Shown: one piece after another, positions 19,934 to 30,310 of the stretch
How positions within the stretch are numbered: the first letter of the stretch is position 1
How the letters are laid out: each line of letters starts with the position of its first letter
Assembly: GCA_004563595.2 (NCBI GenBank)
Contig: CP042461.1
Span: forward strand, 750,001-782,000
Source: Candidatus Saccharimonadota bacterium
GTDB taxonomy: Bacteria; Patescibacteriota; Gracilibacteria; BD1-5; UBA6164
Direction: 5' to 3'
Length of the DNA stretch: 32,000 nt
The notes under the pieces: model-generated
The model's input: the letters and a program-made list of their open reading frames with translations, nothing else
What the model was told of the DNA's origin: nothing
The model's database searches: none
Made by a program: the position numbers and the translations under genes

Positions 19934-21010
19934 TTAATATATTTCATATTTTCATCAGAAGCATTTTTTTATAAATCCTTGCACCTCCATCATACTCAGT
20001 TTAAAAGTAACAGTAGATACATCTAATAGAATTTTACGAGCAATTTCATCAACAGATAAACTTTCTAATAATAGTAAATCGTAAATATTTTTTTCTGTAG
20101 GATCTGAGATATCAATGCATTTATATTCAGCTTTATTATCTGGAATTCAAAAATTATATTCTTCTAAAATATCCGTAACGGAAGTAACTAACTTTGCAGA
20201 TCAAGATTTAATAAGATTATTACATCATTCACTATTTCATTTAAAAATATCCCCCGGAATTACAAACAAATCTTTTCATAAATCCAAAGATAAATTTGCT
20301 GTAATAAGAGTTCATGACTTTTTCTGAGCCTCAATAACCAGTGTGCCAATAGATAATCATGCAACAATTTCATTACGCACTGGAAAGTTATATGGATTCC
20401 CTACTTCTCATACAGGAAAAATTGATAGAACAGCTCCTCCAGATGAGACTATATTATCATACAAAATTTTATTTCCTGTTGGATAATCAACATCTATTCA
20501 AGTTCAAATAACAGATATCGTCTTATGATTTAAGCTCAGGCAACATTTGTGTGCTTCAGTATCACATCCAGCTGCTCATCATGATACGATAACGAAATAT
20601 TTTGATAATCCAGGTACTATATTTTCAATAACTTTCATTCCATATTGAGTAATTTTTCTCGTTCAAACAACAGATATTTTTGGAGTATTATCAATCTCTC
20701 ATCTGAGATAAAAAATATATGGTTTATTGGGAATTTCTTTTAAAAATTCCGGATATTCTTGATCATTATAAGTAATAATACTCGCTCATCTTTCCTTTAT
20801 TTTTTCATCTATTTTTTTTAGATTTAATTTTTGTTTTCTTTCTAAGATTCACTGAATCTGTATATCTGAAAAATGATATAATTTCAAAGCTAAAGGAGAT
20901 AATTTCTCGTAAAAATCTTTATAATGAGATCCGTTAGAAAAAATTGCATGCATTTTTTTCTGGGAAATTCAAATACTATGTAATCATGCTAAATATAATT
21001 TTTCCTCCAT
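19934..21010 (-). CDS. dprA: DNA-processing protein DprA/Smf, 358 aa
   Basis: All triplets were scanned: open under table 25, ending at TAA 19934-19936. Motifs ISVVGTRKITQYG, VSGGAAGCDTEAH, IGTGIDVDYP, FPVRNEIVAGLS..TLVIEA...SGTLITA and a C-terminal winged-helix-like tail. Confidence 0.88.
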
Positions 21011-21024
21011 AAATATATTTAAAA

Positions 21025-21059
21025 AAATATTGTATATACACGAAGTATATACAATATTT
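21025..21059. terminator. Intrinsic terminator downstream of the 324-aa membrane protein gene
   Basis: 15-nt arms AAATATTGTATATAC / GTATATACAATATTT with a 5-nt loop. Confidence 0.6.
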
Positions 21060-21082
21060 AGAATATTAAAAATTTATTATTT

Positions 21083-22057
21083 TTAATATTCTGATTTTGT
21101 TTCTTTGTTCATTATATTTTCTGATAGATTAGAATTTTCATCTTCTAATCTTTTAAAGAAAACATATGTAAATATAATCATAAAAACGGTACCAATATTA
21201 TTAATAATTGCCTTTAATGTGTTTGATATGATATTTCAAATAATTGAAAAATTATCTACTATACTTTTAATATCCTCCAATCATTTTATGTTATCTAGAT
21301 TCATTGGAGGTGTAATAATTCAGATAACTCCTGAAATCATTCAAGTAACTAATCAAATGATCAAGCCGACAAGGGCAAAATTTCATAATACTCTCCACCA
21401 ATTATTCTTAGTTAACTTCAATGCTCAACTAAAATTTTCTTTCGAAAAGTCACCTTTCTCTACAGCATTATATAAAGGAAAAGTTGCCTTAATTCACCTT
21501 ACAATTGCAAAAAAGAAAAACAATATTCAAGCTATTACCATTAATGCTCATCAAATTTTGAGTAATAGACTACTGTTATCATAGTAGAATCATAGATTAA
21601 ATAATATACCTCAAACAATAAAAATCAATGCTGGTATAAGAGCAACGTAAGCAAAAATATACCAGTATGTTTTGAATGAATTGAATAAATTTTTGAAACC
21701 ATAAAGTATATTTTCTTTTGGAGTCACTTGTTCAGATTTACTTGCTTGTTGTATTGATTTTATAAGTCCAAGAATAAATGTAATATTTATTAACAAATAT
21801 GCTATAAAAATAATCATTCCAAATGTTATCATGATTACAACTATTGGATTATTTAACACCGTAAAAAAATCAGGTGATACATCAGTAGATATATTTGATA
21901 ATTTATTTAAAACATAAAATAAACCTAAAGTTCAAAATACAAGTACAGAAAATAAGTTATATAAAAAAATTGGGAGAAATAATTCTAAAAAATTATTTTT
22001 AAAAAGAACGAAACTCTGTTCAATTCTATCAAGTACTTTTTCTTTAGCTGTAAACAT
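21083..22057 (-). CDS. Polytopic integral membrane protein, 324 aa, hypothetical
   Basis: All triplets were scanned: open under table 25, ending at TAA 21083-21085. It has at least five hydrophobic helices. The 159-aa + strand ORF at 21105-21584 in the supplied track is its antisense shadow. Confidence 0.65.
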
Positions 22058-22163
22058 ACAAGAGTAATTATATAATAAATGTTAAATTATTTGATAATTT
22101 AGCCAATATCAATAATATGAAAAAGTCTCTAAATAACAAAATTTATTTTACAAATTACTGTTT

Positions 22164-22664
22164 ATGAATGAAGAAATAATAGAAATAGACTCACTTGGTA
22201 GCTCAAATAATGAAATCATAGACATGATGTCAAATCCAGAAATGATTGAGATTATGTCAAGATTAGGAACTGTATGGCTTATCTTAAATATTCTATTCTT
22301 ATCTGCTTTTCTCCTCAAAGCTTGGTGACTATACAATATTAATAAAAATCTGGGGGAACCATATCCATGGTTAGCTTGGATTCCTGTTTTTCAAATATAC
22401 TCATTTGTAAAAGCTGCATGAAAAGATGCAATATGGATTTTATGGCTTATTCTTTGATTTATTGCATTAATTATCCCATGAATAGTTATAACAGTTATTC
22501 TCTGTCATGAAATATCAAAAAGAACATGAAGGTGAGCATGGTCAACTCTCTGAATATTTTTCATCCCTGCAATTATGCTTCCAATTATTGGTTATAAATT
22601 AGAAGAGAAGAAAAATATAGAAAATAATACTAAAAAAGAAATAAAAAAAGAAGAAGAGTTATAA
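22164..22664 (+). CDS. Small membrane protein resembling the DUF5684 family, 166 aa
   Basis: ATG 22164 to TAA 22662-22664 under table 25. The core LGEPYPWLAWIPVFQIYSFVKAAGKDAIWILWL...EISKRTGRGAWSTLGIFFIPAIMLPIIGY matches my recollection of the family pattern (G.P.W.A.IP..N...L.K..G...WW ... FGKG..F..GL...P.I..PILGF). Confidence 0.55.
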
Positions 22665-22665
22665 T

Positions 22666-22700
22666 AAAAAAAGAACTTACAATTTGTAAGTTCTTTTTTT
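22666..22700. terminator. Bidirectional terminator between convergent genes
   Basis: AAGAACTTACA-ATT-TGTAAGTTCTT flanked by A7 and T7. Confidence 0.75.
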
Positions 22701-23205
22701 ATTCAAATAATTTATCTGAATACTCTTCAAACATAATCTGAAACCGATTTGCATAAATACCTGGATTATTTTTTATATCTTTCTGTATATTTTCTATTTT
22801 CATCCATTTATAATCACATGCTTCTTCTGGATTAAGATTAATTTCTCAATTATATATTCATTCATATATATGTAGATATTCATGTTCAGTTAACTCTCTA
22901 TCAATCTTGGAGTTATAAATAAATTCAGTTTTTTTTATAAATTCAGTATCAAATCACATTTCTTCTTGTATCCTTCTATGAATAGCATGATCTAATCACT
23001 CTCAATCTTCAGGATGTGAACAACAAGTATTCGTCCATTTCAGAGCAGAGTGATATTTAGACTCTGCTCTTTTTTGAAGTAATAATTCTCAACTATCATT
23101 ATATACCAAGAGTGAAAAAGCTCTATGTAATAATCATTTCCTATGAGTTTCCACTTTTTCTGCTATTCCTATCTGATTATCTTTATTATCTACCAGTATT
23201 AACAT
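22699..23205 (-). CDS. idi: Isopentenyl-diphosphate delta-isomerase, type 1 (Nudix fold), 168 aa
   Basis: [44 protein letters not shown] ... RRIQEEMG ... EHEY matches the type-1 IDI signature (H.AFS....G.LL.Q.RA..K....WTN..C.HP..GE). The start ATG lies 2 nt after the glyQS stop. Confidence 0.75.
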
Positions 23206-23207
23206 CT

Positions 23208-24596
23208 TTATTTTAATCTTTCTCTTACAAAATTATTTAAATCTTTTATATCTACTAATTCTTGTTGCATACTATCTCTAAATCTAATAGTAACTTTTCA
23301 GTTTTCATAATTTTCAGTATCAACAGTAACACAAAATGGAGTTCAAATTTCATCCATTCTTGCGTATCTTTTCCCAATTGAAGCAACTTCATCATATTCA
23401 CATATGAAATCTTCTGAGAGTTGAGCAAAAACTTCTTTTGCCAAATGTCCTATTTTTTTCACAACAGGTAGTACTCATACTTTGATTGGAGCAACTTTTG
23501 GAGCAAACTTTAGGTATGTTCTATTATTTTCTTCATCAACAGTATATGCATCACATAATGCAGCAAGTACAATTCTTCATAACCCCATAGCTGGTTCGAT
23601 TACATAAGGTATGAATTTCTTATTATTAATAGGGTCAAAGTAACTCATATCTTGTTTAGAATGAGTCATATGAGCCTTTAAATCATAATCAGTTCTATTT
23701 GCTAGAGTTTCTATTTCTCACCAACCAAAAGGATATTGATATTCGAAATCTCATGCTTCTTTTGAATAATGTGGAAGCTCATCTTTTTTAATAGGAACAA
23801 AACGAACATTTTCTTTTTTTAATCAAATGATATCTGTGAAATACCTTTGTGAATTATCTTTCCAAACTTGAAAATATTCATCATCTTCTCATGGAGTCAC
23901 GAAAAATTCTATTTCCATTTGTTCAAATTCTCTCGTTCTAAAAATAAAATTACCTGGTGTGATTTCATTTCTGAATGATTTCCCTGCTTGAGCAATCCCA
24001 AATGGGAGTTTCCTTCTTGAGCTTCTGAGTACATTTGGGAAATCTACAAATTGTCCTTGGGCAGTTTCTGGTCTTAAATATGCTGCTGATGAACTATCAT
24101 CAGTTACTCATAGATGAGTTTTTAACATCAGATTAAAGCGACGAATTTCAGTAAAATTTGTCTCTTTACAATCAGGACACTTGATTTTCTCATCTTGAAT
24201 ATATTTTTCTAAGACTTCTCAAGGAGTTTTATCACCAGCATATCACTCTGGCTCATTTGCTCATGTGTCTAAAATATGATTGTCGATAATCTTGTCTGCT
24301 CTCCATCTTGCTTTACATGATTTACAATCCATAAGTGGGTCAGAAAAACCTCATACATGTCCTGATGCTTCCCAAACTTTCGGATTCATTATAAGAGCGC
24401 AATCAATCAACATCACATCTGGTCTTTTTTGAATAAATTCTTTCATCCATAAAAACTTCACATTTTCTTTTAGCAATGAACCATATGGTCCATAGTCCCA
24501 AGAGTTTGCTAATCATCCATAAATTTCAGATCATGCATATACAAATCATCTATTTTGAGCAAGATTCACAATATTTTTCATAGTTACTTGTGTCAT
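23208..24596 (-). CDS. glyQS: Glycine--tRNA ligase, class II homodimeric GlyQS type, 462 aa
   Basis: All triplets were scanned: open under table 25, ending at TAA 23208-23210. Motifs [73 protein letters not shown] and [18 protein letters not shown]. It contains 16 in-frame TGA codons. Confidence 0.93.
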
Positions 24597-24790
24597 ACTT
24601 TGATTTTAAAAAATAATTTTTCTACAAAAGAAAAACCCCAAAGGCTTACTATTGTATTGCCTTTGGGGTCCTTTGATAAGTATAGGACGGTTCCACCCAA
24701 ATTCTCTTTATTTTCATAAAAAGCACTTTTATAACTTAAATATATCTTATTAGTTTCCAAACTAATGTTAAAACAATATATTTTTATTAA
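24597..24790 (-). promoter_or_regulatory. T-box riboswitch leader of glyQS (transcription attenuation type) with an unusually short Stem I
   Basis: - strand RNA elements: T-box core AAUUUGGGUGGAACCGUCC (24685-24703). Antiterminator pairing UUUGGG/CCCAAA and GUCC/GGAC around a UGGAACC bulge. A competing terminator ACCCCAAAGGC-N13-GCCUUUGGGGU plus U5 (24635-24669). Stem III CUUUUUAU-GAAA-AUAAAGAG (24704-24723). Only about a 46-nt Stem I candidate (24738-24783). Confidence 0.8.
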
Positions 24791-24794
24791 CTAC

Positions 24795-24822
24795 ATTCTA
24801 TAATTTTCAATAATTATGTCAA
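24795..24822 (-). promoter_or_regulatory. Sigma70-type promoter of the glyQS leader
   Basis: On the - strand: TTGACA (24817-24822), 16-nt spacer, TAGAAT (24795-24800). Confidence 0.55.
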
Positions 24823-24836
24823 TACTACTATCAAGA

Positions 24837-25106
24837 TTATTTTTGTATTCTCATACTTTCTTTATGTATCTTTTCCCATAAATCAAGAATGAAGTCTCTT
24901 TCTAATCATCTTTCATCAGCTTCTTCAAATAACATTGTTAGCAGACTATCCCATCTCTCTTCTTGTAAAATAGGCATATCAGTTTCTTTCTTAATCTTTC
25001 AAATTTCTTTTGATATTCAAAATCTTCTTGATAATAAATATACTATTTCTAGGTCGATAGTATCGACTTGATCTCTATAATGCTGTAATAGTTCGTGGTG
25101 TTCCAT
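24837..25106 (-). CDS. Chorismate mutase, AroQ class, 89 aa
   Basis: MEHHELLQHYRDQVDTIDLEIVYLLSRRFGISKEIGKIKK....ILQEERWDSLL fits the AroQ pattern (R..ID.ID..I..LL..R......IG..K). Open under table 25, ending at TAA 24837-24839. Confidence 0.6.
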
Positions 25107-25115
25107 GATATTTTA

Positions 25116-25718
25116 TTATAAAGTTTCATCTGAGTAAGTTCCTTCTTCCTTCATTTTTTTAATTTCTTTATCTTTCTTTATTGTAGTATCAGCTACTTCG
25201 AAAACCCAACCTCTTGTTGCATCTGAATTATAATCATAAAATCTATCTATTACTCATTTTGCAACTGCAAAATCAACAATTTGTTCTTGCCATCATTTAG
25301 ATGAAGCAGTATTATATGAATAATCGAATCCAATTGCCTTAATAAGCATACCAATGGTCTCAGCTTTTGTGATCTTATCCTCTGGTCTAAATGTAGTATT
25401 TTTTGATATTAAGTTATTATCTACAAGCACTTCAACGTTTACACAAGCCCATGAGTTTGGATTTGTAGCAGACAAATCAGTAAAAATATTATCACATGAT
25501 GATTTTTTTGATAATCATGCTACTCATCTTGCAACCGCAGCAATTTCTTGTCTGAGTACATTGTCATCTAAATTATAAAGACTTGTGTTATCAGAATGAT
25601 CATTAATGATTCCATCAGATGCTAAATTATTTGCAGCTTCTATCATATCATTATATGATGCTGATACAGCAGCAACGGATAGAGAAACTACAACAAGTGA
25701 AATTATTTTTTTATACAT
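25116..25718 (-). CDS. Secreted protein with two SLH-like (S-layer homology) segments, 200 aa
   Basis: Signal peptide MYKKIISLVVVSLSVAAVSA. The segment FTDLSATNPNSWACVNVEVLVDNNLISKNTTFRPEDKITKAETIGMLIKAIG looks like an SLH unit. ATG 25718 (a TTG at 25724 is also possible); stop TAA 25116-25118. Confidence 0.55.
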
Positions 25719-25779
25719 AGTCAATTTTATTAATATATAATGTCCTCTTATTATAAATATTTACACAGTAAAATCAAAA

Positions 25780-25810
25780 GAAAACTCCAAGTAAAATACT
25801 TGGAGTTTTC
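25780..25810 (-). terminator. Intrinsic terminator of htpX
   Basis: GAAAACTCCAAGTA-AAA-TACTTGGAGTTTTC (14-bp stem), followed by a U-rich tract on the - strand. Confidence 0.75.
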
Positions 25811-25827
25811 TTTTGTAGTTCATAATA

Positions 25828-26715
25828 CTATATTGATAATTCTTCTAATTTTTTTATTCTATCATCTAAATCTGGATGAGAAGAAAATAAAGCCATAATT
25901 CATCATTTTTTCTTTGTTGAAATTTTCATAGATGCAAGTTTAGACTTCTCTCATCATGCTAAATGTTGCATTTTCTTTAAAGCTTGTAATCCAGCAATCA
26001 TTTTTTCTTTTCATACAAACTTTGCACTTCATTCATCAGCTTTGAATTCCCTATGTCTTGAAAAAGCCATAACGATAATTGAAGCAAATATTCCAAATAT
26101 TATTTCAAGCAAAATAACTACTCCATAATATGCTAACCAAGATAATTCTTCATCTAAGAAATTAGAAATGATATTAGCAACTACTCTGGCAAAAAATATT
26201 ACAAAAGTATTGAGTACTCATTGTAAAAGTGTCATAGTTACCATATCCCCATTTAATATATGTGCCATTTCGTGTGCTACTACTCATTCAATTGCAGCTT
26301 CATCCATTGATTCTAATAATCAAGTAGATACAGCAACTAAAGAACTATTTTTTGTTGCTCAGGTAGCAAATGCATTTGGATCCATATCTTTATAAATACC
26401 AACTTCCGGCATTTTGATATGATTTCTATCTGCTAAATCACTTACTACATCCCAAACAATTCTTTCTTTTTTATCGAGACTAGATATATTATCAGATGTA
26501 ATAAGTACTATATTATAAGCTCTTTTTGCCATCCATTTTGATAATGCGAGACTTATAAAAGCTCAACCAAATCAAATCACAATTGCAACTACAAATATAT
26601 ACCCATTTCAACTGAGAGATATTCAAAAGAATCTCTCTAGAATAAATACAACGATACTTAACAGTACCATTACGGCGATATTTGTTAACAGGAATAATCC
26701 TACTCTTTTAAACAT
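25828..26715 (-). CDS. htpX: Membrane zinc metalloprotease HtpX (peptidase M48), 295 aa
   Basis: N-terminal TM helices, NAFATG, the HExxH motif in [23 protein letters not shown] and [12 protein letters not shown]. Ends at TAG 25828-25830. Confidence 0.9.
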
Positions 26716-26747
26716 ATTTTTTTATATTAAAAATTATTTTTTATATA

Positions 26748-27425
26748 TTATTTTTCTACATTTTCTTCTGTAATTTCTGCTGAATTATCAACATAATATT
26801 CATTGTACATATCAACAAAATCATCGAACCTATACAATTTTGATTTTATTTTATATGCTTTAGATTTTCTTAACTCTACTTCTTCTGGAAATGATTCATC
26901 AGTTCCATAGTTCCAATTTCATGTTATGTATAATCATTCATATTGTTCGAATGGTCATTCTGCGACATTTCAATATGCCTCAATTGTATTATTTGGAAGT
27001 TTGTCTATATATTCTTCTTCTCAGTACAGCATATATTCAGATATATATATTCCTCATGTCGGATTTAAGAGAGATTTCGTATCAAGTGATTTCTTTTCAA
27101 AGTTTCATACTATTTCTCAATTCATTTTTACAGTATATTGTCATGATCAAAGTCTTATTACTTCATTAGAGTATGCTGCGATTGTGATCACTTCCATATC
27201 ATCTATTTGTACAGTAATTCAAGAACCTGTTGGATTATCTATAAATTGAGTATGTGTTGCTGTGTAAAATCAAACTGAAATAGTTCATACTACAAATATA
27301 GCAATACAAGCAATAAAAATATATTTCAATTTTGAAAATAATCACATTTTAGGTTTCTGGATAATTGTATTCTCATTTATTTCCTGATTACCTTGGTTGT
27401 TCCCCTCCCTATCAACTAATGCCAT
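26748..27425 (-). CDS. Membrane-anchored hypothetical protein, 225 aa
   Basis: ATG 27425 to TAA 26748-26750 under table 25. One TM helix (YIFIACIAIFVVGTISVGF). The + strand ORFs at 26891-27249 in the track are antisense shadows of this gene. Confidence 0.5.
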
Positions 27426-27472
27426 CTATAATATATTAAGATATATAAGGAATAGATTTTACCGAGAAGGCA

Positions 27473-27509
27473 TAGATTGTCAAAAAAATATTATTTTTTT
27501 GACAATCTA
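27473..27509. promoter_or_regulatory. Perfect 18-bp palindrome in a divergent intergenic region, carrying a TTGACA on each strand
   Basis: TAGATTGTCAAAAAAATA (27473-27490), 1-nt centre, TATTTTTTTGACAATCTA (27492-27509). On the + strand: TTGACA 27499-27504, 16-nt spacer, TATTAT 27521-27526, upstream of the 27568 gene. Confidence 0.55.
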
Positions 27510-27567
27510 AACTATATCTCTATTATATTTTTCGAAATTTAAATGACATATAATAATATATATAAAC

Positions 27568-28557
27568 ATGACACTAAAAGCTCCTAATAAGTCTAGAACT
27601 GCAAGTAATAAAGTAAAGTCAGATTTAAAAACAACTGTTAACAAATCATACATAAAAAACCATGTTTCATATGATAGTAAAATTGATGATTTATTTTTGA
27701 ACTATGGAGTGTATAAAAATGATGATTTTGATAATCATATGCTTACTCTCTCTTCTACAATGTTTCAAAAAATGTCAGAAGCCAAACATAAATCTCAGTA
27801 TAGACAGTATAAAAAATTCGAGACTGAACCTGATCAAAAACTTTTAAATGATGTAAAAAACTGTAATTTTGATGAAAATACTACTCAATTTATTATTTCA
27901 TATATAATAACAGAAAAAGAAAAGCAAAAAAAAGAAGCTATTATTTTATCACAGCAAAAAGCTACAAAATCAAGAATTTCACAGTTACTAAAATTCAAAA
28001 GTCCTCTCAAAAACATAGCAAGCAAAGCAAAAAAAATTATTTCAAATACGAAGACAGCTCTCAGTTCTATTCTTTGATGAGCTCTCCTTCTAACGACTGT
28101 TGCAGCGACTTCGGGAGATCAAAGTAATCAATCTGTATTACAAGAAGATACTTCTCATAGTACAGTGAAAACAACTCTTAATTTACAAGAACAACCAGCA
28201 GATTATACTGCTCTTCCTGAAATACAGACTCCAGTTAAAACTCTTAATAGGGAACCTGTCCCAGTTCTCAAAAGCCTTATAGAAGTATCAGAAAATGTGG
28301 GTGAAGTACCAGAAATTACTCCAAAAAATAAATATCAAATGCTTTTAGATGATATCCAACCATCAGAAGGGTTATGGAAATCTGCAGAACGTGCAAAGAA
28401 ATTATTTTGAATGGAAAAAAGTAATAGAATAGATTTACAAAAATTATTAAAGTTTGCATTATCAGAAGGTGCTGAAACTGAAAGAACTATGACAAAAGAA
28501 TTTCAAGCAAAAACTCTCATAAAATATTTAATCATAAATAAACAGATCAAATACTAA
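27568..28557 (+). CDS. Hypothetical Lys-rich protein with a central TM helix, 329 aa
   Basis: The supplied ORFs 27568-28077 and 28165-28410 are in one frame, joined through TGA codons. It ends at TAA 28555-28557. Central hydrophobic segment ILGGALLLTTVAATSG. Confidence 0.5.
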
Positions 28558-28584
28558 AAAAACTGAGCTTCGCTCAGTTTTTTT
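28556..28584. terminator. Bidirectional terminator between convergent genes
   Basis: A-run, then AACTGAG-CTTCG-CTCAGTT, then a T-run. The polA-like stop codon (28583-28585) lies in the T-run. Confidence 0.7.
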
Positions 28585-29872
28585 ATATCCCAATAGTCAT
28601 TTGCAATCCTTCAGGTTCAGTTTTGTGTAATATCTTTGTATTTTTTCTATATAACTCAAGTATTTCTAAGTCATACTTTAAGTTATGTCATACTATAAAT
28701 TTATCCGATCAAAATAAGAAATCTAAAAAGCTATGTAAATCATCATCCGTCACTTGTGGTCAGTTATGTCATCTATTTATATAATAAATATGAGAATCAT
28801 CTAAATAAATACTTATTCATACAAGCTCTGCTTCTATAACATTTAGCGAAGTAGTTTCAGTATCTAAAATAATATTCTCATAGCTCTTTATGCTTTTTTT
28901 CAGATCATCAAGTCCTTGTTTATCTCAAACAATTTGTACTTTCAATCATAAGTCAGCCCATTTTTTTGTTTCATCAAGTTGATCTTTAGGAACTAAGGAA
29001 TGAAATTCTAACGATTTAAAATATTCTATCACTTTTTCATTTTGTAATTCTACAGGATCAAAGGCAAAGTTTTCTAAAGAAAAATCTTCTAAGCTTACAT
29101 CTAATGCTATGGTCGCAAGTTTTTTTGATAAAAAAGCATTTTCTTTAGACAACTCTAGTTTTTCAATATTTTTTCCTTTGAATACTTTTTTTACATCATC
29201 ATCTAAACTCTCAAAGTCTCATTTTTCTAATATTTCATATATTTCCTCTACTCCTCAAATTCCATTAATGAGACTCACTGCTTTTTTTGGTCAAAACCCC
29301 TCTATTCATGGAATATTATCAGCTTTATCACCTACAATAGCAAGATAATCAATAATCATCTTTGGTTCAATTTCAAATTTTTCTTTTGTTTCATTAATTC
29401 AAAATATTTTTTTCTTCATTGTATCATAGATTTTGACATTCTCCGAAACCAGAGAATATAAATCCTTATCTCATGTAAGAATATATATGTCATTTGTTTT
29501 ATCCTTTCAAAGACTATCAGCTAGCGTTCAAATTACATCATCTGCTTCGTATCAATCAATTTCAATGATATCAACTCCCATCATTTTTATCATTTTTTCA
29601 ATATCAGATATTTGATCTCTGAGATTATCTGGCATTCTATCACGAGTTGCTTTATAGTCATCATATAAGTCATGACGAAAGTTCTTTCACTTCGCATCTT
29701 TTACAAAGATTAGATAATCAGGGTTTTCTTTTACCAGTTGGCCTACAAAGAATTTTGCCATACCAAAAATAGCATTTACTATTTTTCAGTCTTTTGTTGC
29801 AAACTCGGGTAAAGCAAAAAACATCCTATAAATAAAATTATTCCCATCCACTAAATAGATTTTTTTTGACAT
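28583..29872 (-). CDS. polA: DNA polymerase I N-terminal fragment, 429 aa: a 5'-3' exonuclease (FEN) domain plus only the first half of the 3'-5' exonuclease domain, with no polymerase domain
   Basis: All triplets were scanned and the frame is open. MSKKIYLVDGNNFIYRMFFAL, GYEADDVIGTLA, LTGDKDL and IVGDKADNIPGIEGFGPKKA belong to the FEN domain. ILDTETTSL (ExoI) and VGHNLKYDLEIL (ExoII) follow, then TAA about 25 codons later. Confidence 0.8.
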
Positions 29873-30019
29873 ATATTCTGATTAAATTAAGTATTTCTCT
29901 TATCTTAATGTTTTAAAATAAAACGCAAGAAAATAAAAACTTGACTTTTTATTTTTTTAGTTAGAATACAGTTACGTTTTACAAAACAACATGCAAAATC
30001 AAAAAGGAGTTTATGGATA

Positions 30020-30283
30020 ATGATTGATAAAACGATAAAAAAAATTCAAGAAAAAACACCAGAATTGATAGAATTAGAAGAAGTAAAAGACAGAATTACT
30101 GGAATCTTATTCTGGAAAAATGCACGTTTTAAATATCTAAAAGCTAATGTGCAAGAAAAATTTTATAAAGAATGGGTAATATTAGCAGAAAAAAGTGTTA
30201 AAATTGGAAATAGAAGACTAGAAATGATTGAAGCATCTCGAAAACTAACTCGAGATGAAGCTAACTATGAAGAAATAGAATAA
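30020..30283 (+). CDS. Hypothetical protein, 87 aa, predicted helical and charged
   Basis: ATG 30020 is preceded by AAGGAG (30004-30009). Possible promoter TTGACT 29941-29946 / TAGAAT 29962-29967. Ends at TAA and is followed by a hairpin. No TGA, though it has only 2 Gly codons. Confidence 0.5.
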   Translation: MIDKTIKKIQEKTPELIELEEVKDRITGILFWKNARFKYLKANVQEKFYKEWVILAEKSVKIGNRRLEMIEASRKLTRDEANYEEIE

Positions 30284-30310
30284 ATCATCTCAGTAGTAAG
30301 TTATTTATAC

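Noticed and set aside
22117-22179. A short upstream ORF (ATG 22117, about 20 codons) ahead of the DUF5684-like gene
   Set aside because: It is out of frame with the main ORF, has no supporting signals, and such an ORF is expected by chance in AT-rich sequence.
24704-24723. The UGA within the glyQS leader (AUGAAA) as a possible UGA specifier codon of the T-box
   Set aside because: It spans the closing pair and GAAA tetraloop of the predicted Stem III hairpin, immediately 5' of the T-box core. Specifier codons are not found there.
24738-24783. AAG followed by A on the 3' side of the Stem I internal loop as a Lys specifier
   Set aside because: The downstream gene is GlyRS. The antiterminator bulge UGGA predicts a U73 discriminator (Gly-like) rather than the A73 expected for tRNA-Lys.
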